Assembly: GCA_963758915.1 (NCBI GenBank)
Contig: CAVWXH010000006.1
Span: 1-64,000, forward strand
Reading direction: 5' to 3'
Length of the DNA stretch: 64,000 nt
DNA from: an uncultured Methanomicrobiales archaeon
GTDB lineage: Archaea; Halobacteriota; Methanomicrobia; Methanomicrobiales; Methanospirillaceae
The notes under the pieces are model-generated. The model had not been told where the DNA came from. It saw nothing but the letters and a program-made list of their open reading frames with translations, and searched no databases. Of this stretch, positions 21,736-34,523 are shown in pieces; the stretch's first letter is position 1; each line of letters starts with the position of its first letter. The position numbers and the translations under genes are program-made.

Positions 21736-21813
21736 AAAAAATTCAGAAAGACCTCAGCCTGCCAGTATGATTTTTAAAAAGAAATTCCCGGTACCCCGTT
21801 ATACCTGGAAGCT

Positions 21814-22362
21814 TCAGACAGGTGTTTCCGGGATTATCACCCAGGATGCTTCCTCGTTGCCGAACCTGTAATGAAATACAAGGCCTGGAAGTGCCTGGTC
21901 CGGGACATTTGATATTTCAACGGTGCCGCTCCGTATCTCTCCGGGTTTAAGCCCCATCAGGGCGACATGCGTGGGTACACTGTATTGCCTTCCTGATCGA
22001 TCGGTCGCATATAATTCTGATAATTTTTTCTGGAGTTCCGCGACAGTTATATTACCCACATTTTTTACTGTCAGTTCAAAACTTACCGTCTGCTTTAAAG
22101 GATCACGGCTCTTGTCCCTGACAGAAAAGACAAGCGACAAATTTCCTGCATGCAGTTCGGCGCTTTCCTGCACCGAAAGGTTAAGTGGCTGTTTGGTGAA
22201 CTGCATGACACTGGGTGTAACAATAGTCACCGGTGTATCCGGGATAACCGGTGTTGCCGGGCCCGCCTTTCCCTGACCCGATACGCACCCTGCAACCAGG
22301 CATGTAGAGACAATAATAATTGTGCATAAAAAGCAGGATAAGAGTGCCTTATCTGACGTCAT
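21814..22362 (-). CDS. Predicted lipoprotein with an Ig-like (DUF4352-like) domain
   Basis: Hydrophobic signal with LVAGC lipobox. Motifs ELTVKNVGN, TD..GRQY, LKPGE..SG.V. Confidence 0.7.
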   Translation of the reverse strand: MTSDKALLSCFLCTIIIVSTCLVAGCVSGQGKAGPATPVIPDTPVTIVTPSVMQFTKQPLNLSVQESAELHAGNLSLVFSVRDKSRDPLKQTVSFELTVKNVGNITVAELQKKLSELYATDRSGRQYSVPTHVALMGLKPGEIRSGTVEISNVPDQALPGLVFHYRFGNEEASWVIIPETPV

Positions 22363-22485
22363 AGTTCCCCGGTAGTAATCCACTCCCCATTCTGGGTGTT
22401 CTACCTTTGGTTTATTATACCTTTTGAAAGAGGAAGAATCCGAAGAATGGCCTGAATAATGCTGTCCCGGTGCCTGAAAAGAGTG

Positions 22486-23676
22486 TTAATTCTGCCGGTT
22501 CATGATATCCGGTGCTGGTTTGCCCCGATTTCCATTCACCGGGGAAAATGATTCAAGGATCTGGTGGGTGATCCTCGATCCAAGCGTGGGAGTAAGGGAC
22601 TCGAGCCAGAGAAAGAACCCTACTTTAGGGGGCGTCCGGCGTTCATACTTGAAATTTCCCTCCTTATCCTGAACCATTTTCAGGTATTCCCGTTTTTGCC
22701 TGGGGCGGAGATACACGAGAGGATCATACCCGGGAAGATCAGTCGCAAGAATTACCTTTGAAAAATTTCTCATCAGGTCATCGAATTCAAGTTTCTCACC
22801 CCTGATACGAATTTCATGTTCTTTACAGAGTGATTTTATTGCAGAAGGATATAGTCCGCCATAAAGAATTTTTTTAACAAGCACGGTAGTCTCCCCGGGA
22901 TTGACGGTGCTCCTGGCATTGACATAGTTGCTGACCTGTGAAAAGACTTTGTTTCTCTCCCAGTCATGATACTGAAGGTATTCAAATGGCTTTTTCTTGA
23001 CCAGGTCGGTTGCCAGGAAGGTTTTTCTATGTTCCCGGGCCTGTTTCTGGTATTTCTCCTCACCTTTCCGGTTTACCAGGGCTTTTATCTGCTCACAGGT
23101 AATTGTCTGGATATTGATATTATCCCTTGATTTCATCAACCGGCGTACTACGGAAAAATGTGAAATATCAAATGATGAAATCAGCAGGAATGGCACGCTC
23201 GGCTGGGCAAATAAATATCCAAGAAGCCTTTTTTTATATTCTACCTCTATTTCGAACTCTTTTAAATCAGATGGTGAAGTAACGACCTCCCCAAAAGCGA
23301 TCCGGTTTTCATTGTCAAGCAGGAGCAGGTCAAATTCTGCGAGGTCCTGGCCATTGCCCCGGATAGTAATATCCCCGTTTCTTGAATAAAAAAACCCATT
23401 CTGGCCAAGGTGAATATTTCTTCTCGCCCTTGGGGCATCTGCACCCTTAACTGCCACCCCGCCAATTTCATCAGTAGTCTCTGCTGCATCCAGGAACATC
23501 TCGTAAACGATCGCTTCAAACCATCTCCCTTCTGCAGTCCGCATATGCTCAATATCAAGTGAAAACAGCTTGTTTTTTTCGACATTACTAATATGGCGTA
23601 TTGCACGGGCAGAGAACGATTCGTCAGGCTGAAAAAAGGAACGATTTTTATTAAGCCAGCGAATCAGGTCTGTCAT
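22486..23676 (-). CDS. Hypothetical protein with a PD-(D/E)XK-like N-terminal fold
   Basis: 396-aa ORF with GRWFEAIVYE...AEFDLLL...IAFGEVVT spacing. Confidence 0.7.
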   Translation of the reverse strand: MTDLIRWLNKNRSFFQPDESFSARAIRHISNVEKNKLFSLDIEHMRTAEGRWFEAIVYEMFLDAAETTDEIGGVAVKGADAPRARRNIHLGQNGFFYSRNGDITIRGNGQDLAEFDLLLLDNENRIAFGEVVTSPSDLKEFEIEVEYKKRLLGYLFAQPSVPFLLISSFDISHFSVVRRLMKSRDNINIQTITCEQIKALVNRKGEEKYQKQAREHRKTFLATDLVKKKPFEYLQYHDWERNKVFSQVSNYVNARSTVNPGETTVLVKKILYGGLYPSAIKSLCKEHEIRIRGEKLEFDDLMRNFSKVILATDLPGYDPLVYLRPRQKREYLKMVQDKEGNFKYERRTPPKVGFFLWLESLTPTLGSRITHQILESFSPVNGNRGKPAPDIMNRQN

Positions 23677-24051
23677 TACTTATCTATTATTTATTATTTG
23701 TGGTTTAAAAATACTCTCTTTAACAGGAGGATCCCGTAATTGCCGGGCACATTCACAAGGACTAAAATTAGCAGGAAAAATTTACTATGCTTTTTTGCAA
23801 TGCTGCTCAGGGTATCATAGAAACAATCAGGCCTCGCGCTCTCCGGTTACAGTATGAACGGGGTGATGAAAAGAACGCGCACATTTCAGCACCATACCCT
23901 ATTTTAAATCTAAATCCATCTGCAGGAAATGGTTTCCTTTTCAGCGAATGAGCAAATAGAACAGAATTCGTCTGTGCGAACTAGTTATATTTTGTGGGAA
24001 TGTTTATATAGTTTTCTTACCTTGTTTTAATGCTGTGTGGCATGTACCCGT

Positions 24052-24125
24052 GGGTTCGTAGCTCAGTTAGGTAGAGCGCCTGGCTTTTAACCAGGTGGTC
24101 GGGGGTTCAAATCCCTCCGGGCCCG
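24052..24125 (+). tRNA. tRNA-Lys (TTT)
   Basis: Cloverleaf GGGTTCG...CGGGCCC, anticodon arm CCTGG-CTTTTAA-CCAGG, T-loop GGTTCAAATCC. TATA-like TTTATATA at ~24003. Confidence 0.95.
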
Positions 24126-24204
24126 CTGCCACGGTACAGCCTGTGGGTTTTTATTTGGTGATGCATCTGGAGGAGACGCAATTTATGAAAGAGGGGGTTT
24201 TTAG

Positions 24205-24456
24205 TTGAGCACCAAGCTGAATGTGCTTGAACATGTAATGGTGCCGGACCATAAGATCATGAGTGAGGAGGAGGTTAGCACATTATTCTCCACCTACAAT
24301 ATAACGAGCGAGCACCTGCCGAAAATATATCATGACGAACCAGCGGTAAAAATTATCGGATCAAAAGTAGGGGACGTGGTACGGACCATCAGGACAAGCC
24401 ACACCGCCGGTATAGCTGAGTCATACCGGCTTGTCGTAAAAAGACCCAAAAAATAA
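24205..24456 (+). CDS. rpoH: RNA polymerase subunit H (Rpo5)
   Basis: [13 protein letters not shown]...EPAV, S.TAG....YRLVV. Confidence 0.96.
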   Translation: MSTKLNVLEHVMVPDHKIMSEEEVSTLFSTYNITSEHLPKIYHDEPAVKIIGSKVGDVVRTIRTSHTAGIAESYRLVVKRPKK

Positions 24457-24471
24457 AGGGAGCTGATATTT

Positions 24472-26031
24472 CTGATCGACAGAAGCATTTTATCAAGGGC
24501 ATATTTTTCACGGGAGCATGTGGCGCGCCACCAACTTGACTCCTACAACAATTTTCTTCTTCGCAACCTCCAGAAAGTTGTGAACGAGCAGCGTGTCATC
24601 GAGACTGACATCGAAATCCGTGGTAAAAGTAATATACCCGTATGGGTTGAATTAGGCAAAATTGCGGTGCGTAAACCGCTTGTCCGCGAAGCAGACGGAT
24701 CGCAGGGAGACTTGTTTCCAAGCGAAGCCAGGCTCCGCAATCTGACGTATGCCGCACCGATTCAACTTGAACTCACCCTTGTCCAGGGGGAGGACCGCCA
24801 GGAACCGATTATGACCACGATCGGGCAGTTACCGATTATGATCGGATCTACGTCCTGTAACCTGTTCGGTATGAGTGATGATGAACGTGTAATTCATGGT
24901 GAAGATCCCTATGACCCGGGTGGCTTTTTCATTGTCAACGGGACTGAAAGGGTCCTCATGACCCTTGAAGACCTTGCGTCAAACAAGATCATGACGGAAT
25001 TCACCGAGCGTTATAATGAGAGGATCTATGTGGCAAAGGTATTCTCACAGTACCGCGGGTACCGTGCACTCGTAGTCGTTGAACGGAACAGGAAGAACCT
25101 GCTTGAAGTATCGTTCCCGTCAGTTGCCGGGCACCTGAAATTCGTTGACCTGATCAGGGCACTCGGGATGGTAAGTGACCACGATGTCGTAAACGCGGTA
25201 TCGACGGATGAGGACATCCTGACCTTCATGATGCAGAACCTTGAGGAAAGTGAGTGCGACAGCGTTGAGAGTGGTGTAATGTATGTCGGTAAAAAACTTG
25301 CACCGAACCAGACGAGAGATTACCAGCGGAAACGTGCTGAATTCGTGCTGGACAATTACCTGCTCCCACACCTCAATTACCTTATGCCATTTGGCATGAA
25401 GGAAGAAGACGAGGGGTATCGGGAAACTGTTGAGAGTGTACGCCTTGCCAAGGGACATTTCCTCGGCCGGATGGCCGAAGCCTGTTTTGACCTTGTGCTC
25501 AACAAGCGCAGGATTGATGATAAGGACCATTACTCAAATAAACGCCTGAAACTTGCAGGGGACCTGATGGAGGACCTTTTCCGAATTTCCCTCAACCGCC
25601 TAACAAGGGATATCAAGTATCAACTTGAACGGGCGAGTATGAGGCACCGTGACCTATCCATTGGTACAGCAGTGCGAGCTGATGTTCTTACTGAACGCCT
25701 GTTACATCCCCTTGCAACAGGAAACTGGGTCGGCGGCCGGACTGGTGTGTCCCAGCTGCTTGACCGTGTCGATCACATGAGCGTGCTTTCTCACCTTCGT
25801 CGTGTCATCTCCCCGCTTTCCCGTTCACAGCCCCATTTCGAGGCACGTGACCTTCACCCGACACAATGGGGCAGGATCTGTCCGAGCGAGACCCCGGAAG
25901 GGCCGAATTGTGGGCTTGTCAAGAATTTTGCCCAGATGGTTGAAGTAAGCAAAGGGGTCACGGATGAGGAAGAAGTAATTAGAATACTCTACAGCCTTGG
26001 TGTGGACCAGATCAAGGGGGATGCCAGATGA
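24472..26031 (+). CDS. rpoB2: RNA polymerase subunit B'' (probable CTG start at 24472)
   Basis: [56 protein letters not shown]. Confidence 0.96.
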   Translation: MIDRSILSRAYFSREHVARHQLDSYNNFLLRNLQKVVNEQRVIETDIEIRGKSNIPVWVELGKIAVRKPLVREADGSQGDLFPSEARLRNLTYAAPIQLELTLVQGEDRQEPIMTTIGQLPIMIGSTSCNLFGMSDDERVIHGEDPYDPGGFFIVNGTERVLMTLEDLASNKIMTEFTERYNERIYVAKVFSQYRGYRALVVVERNRKNLLEVSFPSVAGHLKFVDLIRALGMVSDHDVVNAVSTDEDILTFMMQNLEESECDSVESGVMYVGKKLAPNQTRDYQRKRAEFVLDNYLLPHLNYLMPFGMKEEDEGYRETVESVRLAKGHFLGRMAEACFDLVLNKRRIDDKDHYSNKRLKLAGDLMEDLFRISLNRLTRDIKYQLERASMRHRDLSIGTAVRADVLTERLLHPLATGNWVGGRTGVSQLLDRVDHMSVLSHLRRVISPLSRSQPHFEARDLHPTQWGRICPSETPEGPNCGLVKNFAQMVEVSKGVTDEEEVIRILYSLGVDQIKGDAR

Positions 26032-27842
26032 AAAAATCAAGAGTATTCGTTGATGGGGCACTAATCGGGCTTTCCGATGACCCAAAGGTGCTGGTCGCCC
26101 AGACCCGGGCAATGCGGCGGCAGGGTGCGTTGTCAACCGAAGTGAATGTATCCTACAAGGAATTTAATAATGACGTGGTAATCCATACAGACAGGGGCAG
26201 GGCGCGAAGGCCACTGATTGTCCTGCATAATGGAAAACCATTAATAACTCCGGATGATATCGAAAAACTACGTAAAAACGAGATAAATTTTAATTATTTC
26301 GTCCAGAAAGGGTTTATCGAACTGATCGATGCAGAAGAAGAGGAGGACCTTTTCATCGCGATCAATCCGGAAGATATCACGGTCGAGCATACCCATCTTG
26401 AAATCGACCCCTCCCTGATCCTCGGTATCGGTGCAGCACATGTCCCTTTCCCGGAGCACAACGCAAGTCCGCGTGTCACCATGGGTGCAGGGATGGTCAA
26501 GCAGGCACTCGGGTTCGCCGATGCAAATATGAAGTTACGGCCTGATACCCGGGGCCATCTTCTCCATTACACCCAGAAACCTCTCACGCACACCCAGGCA
26601 TCTGAACTGATTGGTTCCGATGATCGCCCGGCCGGGCAGAACTTCGTCGTTGCCATCCTCAGTTATGAAGGTTTCAATATTGAAGATGCGTTGATCTTCA
26701 ACCAGGCGTCGATTGACCGGGGCCTTGGAAGATCTCATTTCTTCAGGACTTATGAAGGCGAAGAACGCCGTTATCCCGGTGGGCAGATTGATCGGATCGA
26801 GGTACCTGATGAGGAAGTGACCGGTGCCCATGGGGCGGAATCCTACAAGAATCTTGATGAAGACGGAGTGATCAACCCGGAGACTGTCGTCGCTGAAAAG
26901 GATGTCCTGATTGGGAAGACTTCTCCGCCGAGGTTCCTGGAAGAGCCTACCAGTGACCTGATCACCGTTGAAAAACGGCGTGATACTTCAGTTACCATGC
27001 GGAGCAACGAGCATGGAATTGTTGACACGGTTATAATAACCGAAGGTGAGAACAGCTCACGTCTTGTTAAAGTACGCACGAGGGATTTGAGGGTCCCCGA
27101 GGTAGGAGATAAGTTTGCATCCAGGCATGGACAGAAGGGAGTTATCGGACTTATTGCATCCCAGGAAGACATGCCATTCACAGAGGCAGGAGTAGCACCC
27201 GACCTGGTCATCAACCCGCATGCCATCCCGAGCCGTATGACGGTCGGTCACATGCTGGAGATGATTGGAGGAAAAGTCGGTGCACTTGAAGGGCGCCGCA
27301 TTAACGGAACCGCCTTTAGTGGCGAACTCGAGGCAGACATTCGTGGTTCACTTAAAAACCTCGGTTTCTCTCATAATGGTCGTGAGATAATGCATGATGG
27401 TATCACCGGGAAGCAGTTCAATGCTGATATCTATGTTGGTGTGATCTATTACCAGAAGCTCTACCACATGGTCTCTTCAAAGATGCATGCCCGTTCCCGC
27501 GGGCCGGTACAGGTCCTTACGCGCCAGCCTACTGAAGGAAGGGCTCGTGAAGGGGGTCTCCGGTTTGGTGAGATGGAACGTGATGTGATGATTGGACACG
27601 GTGCTGCGATGGCATTAAAAGAGCGCCTTCTTGACGAGTCCGATAAAGTAACAGAATACGTCTGTGCCCATTGTGGTATGATTGCGATGCTCGACCGAAA
27701 ATCCAATTCCACGCGATGCCTGGCCTGCGGGAGCGAGACCGATATATACCCTGTCGAGATGAGTTACGCGTTTAAGCTACTCCTCGATGAGATGAAGAGC
27801 ATGGGTATTGCACCCAGACTGAAACTAGAGGACGTGGTGTAG
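26028..27842 (+). CDS. rpoB1: RNA polymerase subunit B'
   Basis: [43 protein letters not shown]. Confidence 0.98.
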   Translation: MKKSRVFVDGALIGLSDDPKVLVAQTRAMRRQGALSTEVNVSYKEFNNDVVIHTDRGRARRPLIVLHNGKPLITPDDIEKLRKNEINFNYFVQKGFIELIDAEEEEDLFIAINPEDITVEHTHLEIDPSLILGIGAAHVPFPEHNASPRVTMGAGMVKQALGFADANMKLRPDTRGHLLHYTQKPLTHTQASELIGSDDRPAGQNFVVAILSYEGFNIEDALIFNQASIDRGLGRSHFFRTYEGEERRYPGGQIDRIEVPDEEVTGAHGAESYKNLDEDGVINPETVVAEKDVLIGKTSPPRFLEEPTSDLITVEKRRDTSVTMRSNEHGIVDTVIITEGENSSRLVKVRTRDLRVPEVGDKFASRHGQKGVIGLIASQEDMPFTEAGVAPDLVINPHAIPSRMTVGHMLEMIGGKVGALEGRRINGTAFSGELEADIRGSLKNLGFSHNGREIMHDGITGKQFNADIYVGVIYYQKLYHMVSSKMHARSRGPVQVLTRQPTEGRAREGGLRFGEMERDVMIGHGAAMALKERLLDESDKVTEYVCAHCGMIAMLDRKSNSTRCLACGSETDIYPVEMSYAFKLLLDEMKSMGIAPRLKLEDVV

Positions 27843-27852
27843 GAGGGGAATC

Positions 27853-30492
27853 ATGCCAAGCCCAAAAAGGATAGGAAAAATTGAATTTGGCCTGCTCTCC
27901 CCTAAAGAGTTCAGGACGATGAGTGTACGGAAAATCATCTGGGCAGATACCTACGATGATGATGGTTTCCCGTATCCGCAGGGACTTATGGACTTAAACC
28001 TCGGGGTTATTGACCCTGGACTGAGGTGCAAGACCTGCGACCAGAAGGCAAGCGAATGTCCCGGTCATTTCGGACATATTGAACTCGCAAAACCCGTCAT
28101 TCATGTCGGGTACACGCGCCTGATCAGGAAGCTCCTCCGTGTGACATGTAAGAGCTGTTCACGGCTCCTTCTCTCCCCCGAGGAGATTGAAAAAGTTGTC
28201 GGGACTGAGGAAGATGCGACAGGCGACGTGTTGTCGGAAAAAGATATCAAGAAAGAAAGGGTCTGCCCGCACTGCGGGGAACAGCAGCTGAAGATCAACT
28301 TCGAGAAACCTACGACGTTTTCAGAAGTCCAGGTCGAGGAAGGAAAAAAGATCGAGCACAAACTGACACCTGCTGATATCAGGTCACGCCTTGAGAAGAT
28401 CCCCGATGAGGACCTCCGGCACCTCGGTATCAATCCCGACGTGGCACGACCTGAATGGACAATTCTTACCGTGCTGCCTGTGCCGCCCGTGACGATGCGA
28501 CCGTCGATCATCCTAGAGAACGGTCAGAGGTCAGAAGATGACCTGACCCATAAACTGGTCGATATTATCAGGATCAACCAGAGGTTCAAGGAAAACCAGG
28601 ATGCAGGAGCACCCCAGTTGATCATTGAAGACCTCTGGGAACTGCTGCAGTACCATGTAACGACTTACATGGACAATGAAGTGGCTGGGTGCCCCCCGGC
28701 GCGTCACCGTAGTGGCAGGCCATTAAAGACTCTTTCTCAAAGACTCAAAGGGAAAGACGGCCGTTTCCGAGGATCACTTTCCGGTAAGAGGGTGAATTTT
28801 TCCGCACGTACCGTGATCTCCCCTGACCCGAACCTCAGCGTGGTGCAGGTCGGGATACCGCTGGCAATTGCGAATGAGATGTCGATCCCGGTGCATGCAG
28901 CGCCGAATAACATTGATGAACTCAAAGCAATGGCCAGGAACGGCCCTGACCGGCCCACTCTTAACCATCCCTGCGGGGCCAACTATGTTATCCGGCCGGA
29001 CAAACGCAGGCTTCGTCTTGCGGAAGGAAATCTGGACACTGTCGCCGATATGATTGAGCCGGGATGGACCGTGGAACGACAGCTCCGGGACGGAGATATT
29101 GTCCTGTTCAACCGGCAGCCATCCCTTCACCGTATGAGCATCATGTCCCACCGTGTGAAGGTAATGGATGGGAAGACATTTCGGTTAAACCCAGCCGTAT
29201 GCCCCCCATACAATGCTGATTTTGACGGGGATGAAATGAACCTCCATATCCCCCAGACACAGGAGGCGAGGGCAGAAGCCGCAATTCTTGTTGCAGTACA
29301 GGAAAATATCCTCTCCCCCCGGTTCGGTGGACCGATTATTGGCGGTATTCATGACCATATATCGGGGGTATTCATGCTCACGAACCAGGTCCGCTGGTTC
29401 ACACGTGAAGATATCCTCTACCTGCTGAAGTCTACAGACCTCGAGCACCTTCCACCTCCGGTAAAAGAAGAGGACGGTGTGCCGATGTGGACCAACAAGC
29501 AGGCATTCTCTGTCATTTTACCCGATGGGCTCAACATGGTCTTCAAAGCAAGTTCATGTGCAAATTGTGATACCTGCAAGCGGGACCTGTGCGAACGTGA
29601 CGCATATGTGCAGATAATCGATGGACAACTGAAATCCGGTACAATTGACAAAAAGGCTATCGGTGCATTTGATGGCCAGATCGTCCAGCGGATCATCCGG
29701 CAGAACGGGATGAAACGTGCAGCAGATTTCATCGACGATATGACGAAACTCTCTATCCGCTCGATCATGCTGGACGGGTTCTCGTTTGGTATCGATGATG
29801 AAGACCTCTCGAAGACCGAATACGGGCAGATTGCCGAGGTCCTTGACGGTGCTGTAATGGATGTACAAAAGCGGATACGCATCTACGAAGACGGACAACT
29901 CGAACCGATGCCCGGTCGTACTCCAGAAGAGACCCTTGAGATGCAGATCATGCAGGTCCTTGGGAAAGCCCGTGACCGTACTGGTGAGATTGCAGGCCGT
30001 CACCTCGGGCTTGGAAACAGCGCCGTGGTGATGGCAGTGAGTGGCGCAAGAGGTTCGATGCTTAACCTGACCCAGATGGCAGGTTGTGTCGGCCAGCAGT
30101 CTGTCCGTGGAGAGCGTATTATGCGTGGGTACGATGACCGGACGCTCCCCCATTTCAAGAAGGGGGACCGGGGATCGGATGCCCACGGATTTATCAAACA
30201 CAGCTACAAGGGAGGGCTCAATCCAACTGAGTTCTTCTTCCACGCAATTGGCGGTCGTGAAGGTCTTGTGGACACTGCAGTCAGGACATCCCAGAGCGGA
30301 TACCTGCAGCGGCGTATGATCAACGCGTTACAGGACCTGAAAGTAGCGTATGACGGGACTGTCAGGACGACCGGTGGTCGTATTATACAGTTTGTGTATG
30401 GTGAAGATGGTACTGACCCCATGAAGAGCTGCTTTGGTGACCCGGTAGACGTAAAAGGGATTGTAGAAAGTATTCTGAAGGAGGAGGTTTAA
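27853..30492 (+). CDS. rpoA1: RNA polymerase subunit A'
   Basis: CPGHFGHIEL, NRQPSLHR, YNADFDGDEMN, GGREGLVDTAVRT. Confidence 0.98.
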   Translation: MPSPKRIGKIEFGLLSPKEFRTMSVRKIIWADTYDDDGFPYPQGLMDLNLGVIDPGLRCKTCDQKASECPGHFGHIELAKPVIHVGYTRLIRKLLRVTCKSCSRLLLSPEEIEKVVGTEEDATGDVLSEKDIKKERVCPHCGEQQLKINFEKPTTFSEVQVEEGKKIEHKLTPADIRSRLEKIPDEDLRHLGINPDVARPEWTILTVLPVPPVTMRPSIILENGQRSEDDLTHKLVDIIRINQRFKENQDAGAPQLIIEDLWELLQYHVTTYMDNEVAGCPPARHRSGRPLKTLSQRLKGKDGRFRGSLSGKRVNFSARTVISPDPNLSVVQVGIPLAIANEMSIPVHAAPNNIDELKAMARNGPDRPTLNHPCGANYVIRPDKRRLRLAEGNLDTVADMIEPGWTVERQLRDGDIVLFNRQPSLHRMSIMSHRVKVMDGKTFRLNPAVCPPYNADFDGDEMNLHIPQTQEARAEAAILVAVQENILSPRFGGPIIGGIHDHISGVFMLTNQVRWFTREDILYLLKSTDLEHLPPPVKEEDGVPMWTNKQAFSVILPDGLNMVFKASSCANCDTCKRDLCERDAYVQIIDGQLKSGTIDKKAIGAFDGQIVQRIIRQNGMKRAADFIDDMTKLSIRSIMLDGFSFGIDDEDLSKTEYGQIAEVLDGAVMDVQKRIRIYEDGQLEPMPGRTPEETLEMQIMQVLGKARDRTGEIAGRHLGLGNSAVVMAVSGARGSMLNLTQMAGCVGQQSVRGERIMRGYDDRTLPHFKKGDRGSDAHGFIKHSYKGGLNPTEFFFHAIGGREGLVDTAVRTSQSGYLQRRMINALQDLKVAYDGTVRTTGGRIIQFVYGEDGTDPMKSCFGDPVDVKGIVESILKEEV

Positions 30493-31656
<1,164 letters not shown>

Positions 31657-31666
31657 GAGAATTGCA

Positions 31667-31957
31667 ATGGATTTTAATGCTTCATTAAGAAGGGCGATCA
31701 AGACTGGCGATGTCCTTCTCGGTCAGAATAAAACAGAAAAATGTATTGATGATGGAAAAGCGCAGATCGTTGTAGTGGCAACAAATTGCCCTGTTGCGTT
31801 CCTGCAGACCATAAAGACAAAAGAAGGTCTTTTTGTACATACATTTGAAGGTTCGAGCGTTGCGCTTGGCAAGGCCTGTGGAAAACCGTTCATGGTCAGC
31901 GCTCTTGCGGTAATTGATCCCGGCGAGTCAGATATTCTTTCCCTTAAGAGGGCATGA
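31667..31957 (+). CDS. rpl30e: 50S ribosomal protein L30e
   Basis: LG.ACGKPF.VSALAVID.GESDIL. Canonical position after rpoA''. Confidence 0.95.
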   Translation: MDFNASLRRAIKTGDVLLGQNKTEKCIDDGKAQIVVVATNCPVAFLQTIKTKEGLFVHTFEGSSVALGKACGKPFMVSALAVIDPGESDILSLKRA

Positions 31958-31958
31958 T

Positions 31959-32408
31959 ATGGTCGAAGTCAAACTGACTGAAGACTGCATGGGTCTGATC
32001 TCCCAGTTTGAACGCCTGACTGGTGCAGGGAGCCGTGACTGTATCATTGACGACCGGAATAACAGGATTATTTTTGTCGTGAACCCCGGGGAAATGGGCC
32101 TTGCAATAGGCAAAAAAGGGGCCAGCATTAAAAAGGCATCAGAAGTCATGGGGAAAAAGATCGAAGTCGTGGAGTACTCCACCGATCCGACACAGTTCCT
32201 GAAAAATTGTTTCCTCCCGGCACAGGTCACATCAGTCGAATTCGAAAATGATGAAACGGGTGAACCGGTTGCGCATATTGAGGTAAGGGACGAAGACCGC
32301 GGTATTGCAATTGGAAAGGAAGGAAAAAATATTTTCAAAGCGAAAAAACTCTCGCAAAGGCAGCATAATATCGGGGATGTCCAACTGGTTCCCCACGAGA
32401 ACGAATAA
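31959..32408 (+). CDS. nusA: Archaeal NusA (KH domains)
   Basis: GEMGLAIGKKG and GIAIGKEGKNI KH motifs. Canonical position. Confidence 0.95.
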   Translation: MVEVKLTEDCMGLISQFERLTGAGSRDCIIDDRNNRIIFVVNPGEMGLAIGKKGASIKKASEVMGKKIEVVEYSTDPTQFLKNCFLPAQVTSVEFENDETGEPVAHIEVRDEDRGIAIGKEGKNIFKAKKLSQRQHNIGDVQLVPHENE

Positions 32409-32533
32409 ATCCGTTCTTCGGTACCATATTTTTTTATCTGTTCCTTAAGGAATAGACCTTCCCGTTTTCACTAGCCCGTCCCGGTGAGTTAACCTCCCGG
32501 TGCACCGTGTGGGAAAACCTGTTGAAATAGTAG

Positions 32534-32608
32534 CGGGCCTGGGGGGATTCGAACCCCCGACATCCGGGTTAGAAGCCCGGCGCTATGTCCAAGCTAAGCC
32601 ACAAGCCC
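32534..32608 (-). tRNA. tRNA-Arg (TCT)
   Basis: Reverse complement GGGCTTGTGGCTTAGC...CCGGG-CTTCTAA-CCCGG...GGTTCGAATCC...AGGCCCG. Confidence 0.95.
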
Positions 32609-32727
32609 AATTGGCTCTCTAATATATGTCAGGCTCTTCCTATGTAACTATCGCCCTATCGTACAATGGTATCGCAGATTGCCACCCAGGTGATGAAAAA
32701 AAAGGGAATAAAAGAAGAGTTCAGCTG

Positions 32728-33120
32728 TTATCCTGCGTGGTAACTGCAGCACTTAACAACCTCAACGAAAACAGGTGCAAACATTGAGTCCTGCTTAACA
32801 GTTTTCACCGATGAGTTGCAGCAGAATTTAACTTTTACCCGTGCTGACATGCGCTCCCGCTCTTCATAAACAACTCCCGGTGAGTACTCGATCATTCGTT
32901 TCATCGTAATGGTGATCGCGACGACATCCGCGACAATCCCCTGATCTCCAATACCGAGGTCTTCCATGTTTATTGACGTCAGGAAGATGGGCGTACCGGG
33001 CTCAACAGTGTTGAGTGTGATGACATTTTGAGTACTATGGAGTTCAAGTGTCCGTGCCCTTCCCAGCCTGAGATCCTTGATCACATCGTGAGAAATTCCG
33101 GTTAATGCTGTGCATTCCAT
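32728..33120 (-). CDS. DUF473 family protein
   Basis: ALTGIS..VI.DL.....RTLELHS..N, IFLTS, EERE...ARVK. Confidence 0.8.
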   Translation of the reverse strand: MECTALTGISHDVIKDLRLGRARTLELHSTQNVITLNTVEPGTPIFLTSINMEDLGIGDQGIVADVVAITITMKRMIEYSPGVVYEERERMSARVKVKFCCNSSVKTVKQDSMFAPVFVEVVKCCSYHAG

Positions 33121-33125
33121 GTAAT

Positions 33126-33854
33126 TCACCCATACATCGGAAGGTTCTCTTTCTTCGGTATCGTTTCCTGGGATTGCACTTCCTCTGCAAGTTTATGCAT
33201 CGTGGCCTCAATTTCCTCAGCCTGTTCCAGCAGGGGCTTGACATCGAGGTTAATATCGTACATTTTATTGAGGACTTCGATCGTTGAAGCGGACGCCCGG
33301 GGATCGGGTGCGTTTATTGTCTCCCCCAGGAGGCCATAGGCCGAAATCCCCCTGATTTTACACTCCGTAAGAAGGCTGCTCGCAATGCCTGATATGCTCC
33401 CCATAGGGAGGATTATTGTACTTTCCTGGATACGCGGCAGGTCCTCCTCTTTGGTGGCAACACCGAATACGCGTTTTTCTGTTTCATTTGTGATTATCCC
33501 GGCAATGGTGACAATCTCCTTGATTTTGAATGGCATCAGCCAGTCCATGATCCCATTTGAGACCTCGTAGCAGATCATGGGGTGAATTGGAATATCAGCG
33601 ACGATGACCACAAGTTGTTCTTTTTCATATATCCGGACCGGGACATTAATGACGCCCTTGTTCATCATGGCTAGCGGAGGGAAGAATTTGCTTGTCATGC
33701 TGCCGATCTGTTGGAATTCCAGTTGATCAACCATGTACTGAAGGGCGATGCTTCCCACAAGTCCGCTCCCGGGAAATCCCATGAGTACAGACACCCCTTC
33801 GGTGTTCAGGGGTTTTGAAAAAATCTTTATATCAAAGCCAGCTTCTGGTGACAT
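33126..33854 (-). CDS. Proteasome assembly chaperone (PAC2 family)
   Basis: GFPGSGLVGSIA, G.ISG, PDPRASA. C-terminal MYG. Confidence 0.9.
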   Translation of the reverse strand: MSPEAGFDIKIFSKPLNTEGVSVLMGFPGSGLVGSIALQYMVDQLEFQQIGSMTSKFFPPLAMMNKGVINVPVRIYEKEQLVVIVADIPIHPMICYEVSNGIMDWLMPFKIKEIVTIAGIITNETEKRVFGVATKEEDLPRIQESTIILPMGSISGIASSLLTECKIRGISAYGLLGETINAPDPRASASTIEVLNKMYDINLDVKPLLEQAEEIEATMHKLAEEVQSQETIPKKENLPMYG

Positions 33855-33888
33855 TAGATTAACATATACGACCTTACTAAAAAGTATT

Positions 33889-34200
33889 ATGCAAGAGTAC
33901 CCGGTGAAGAGGGGTTTTTCCAAGAATTTACCTGCAACAATGGTTGAACAACTGAAGGAATGCTTCGGTATAGAGCCAAAGACTAAGGAGGGGCATTATC
34001 AGATCAGTTATGGGGCATTAAAAATCCTCGACGCCTCCCTTGGGGCTGATGGGAAATCCGTTATTATCCGGACCGAGTCAGACCTCGCGGTTTCTGATGA
34101 GATAATCCTTGATACGAACCGGCGGTTCAGGAAATATCTTGAAGCGGTAACTGGCTATACAACAAAAGAAAGAGCTAAAAAGGCAAAAACTGTTGAATAA
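33889..34200 (+). CDS. Conserved small archaeal protein (DUF5611-like)
   Basis: MQEYPVKRG...SYGAL...FRKYLE.VTGYTTKER.KK. Confidence 0.8.
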   Translation: MQEYPVKRGFSKNLPATMVEQLKECFGIEPKTKEGHYQISYGALKILDASLGADGKSVIIRTESDLAVSDEIILDTNRRFRKYLEAVTGYTTKERAKKAKTVE

Positions 34201-34523
34201 CCGCCGTTACCTTTTTTTTAGATTACCGTATCACCTCCCGGCAATGCAGACTTAACACTTACTTTGTGTCGCAACCCCCTTGTTTGAACCCCGATCAATG
34301 AGGGGTATGGTACTACACCCGTACTATCAAACTCCTGGATAATCATTTGGTGGATGATTGTGCTATGAGTGCAGAACATTGAATGCATGGAACGCTACGC
34401 TGCGCAATCCTTCATTTTTTCAGGAGGGGATGTATCCACCGTTGCTGCAGGGTATTGATTAAAAAAACCGGGGTAATTAAAAAAGTGAAATAGAAGGCGG
34501 GGAAAAATTTCGGAGAGGCAATT

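Noticed and set aside
34360-34369. GTGCTATGAG, the reverse complement of the cap's end
   Set aside because: Only a 10-bp match with no further homology. It could be chance in 64 kb.
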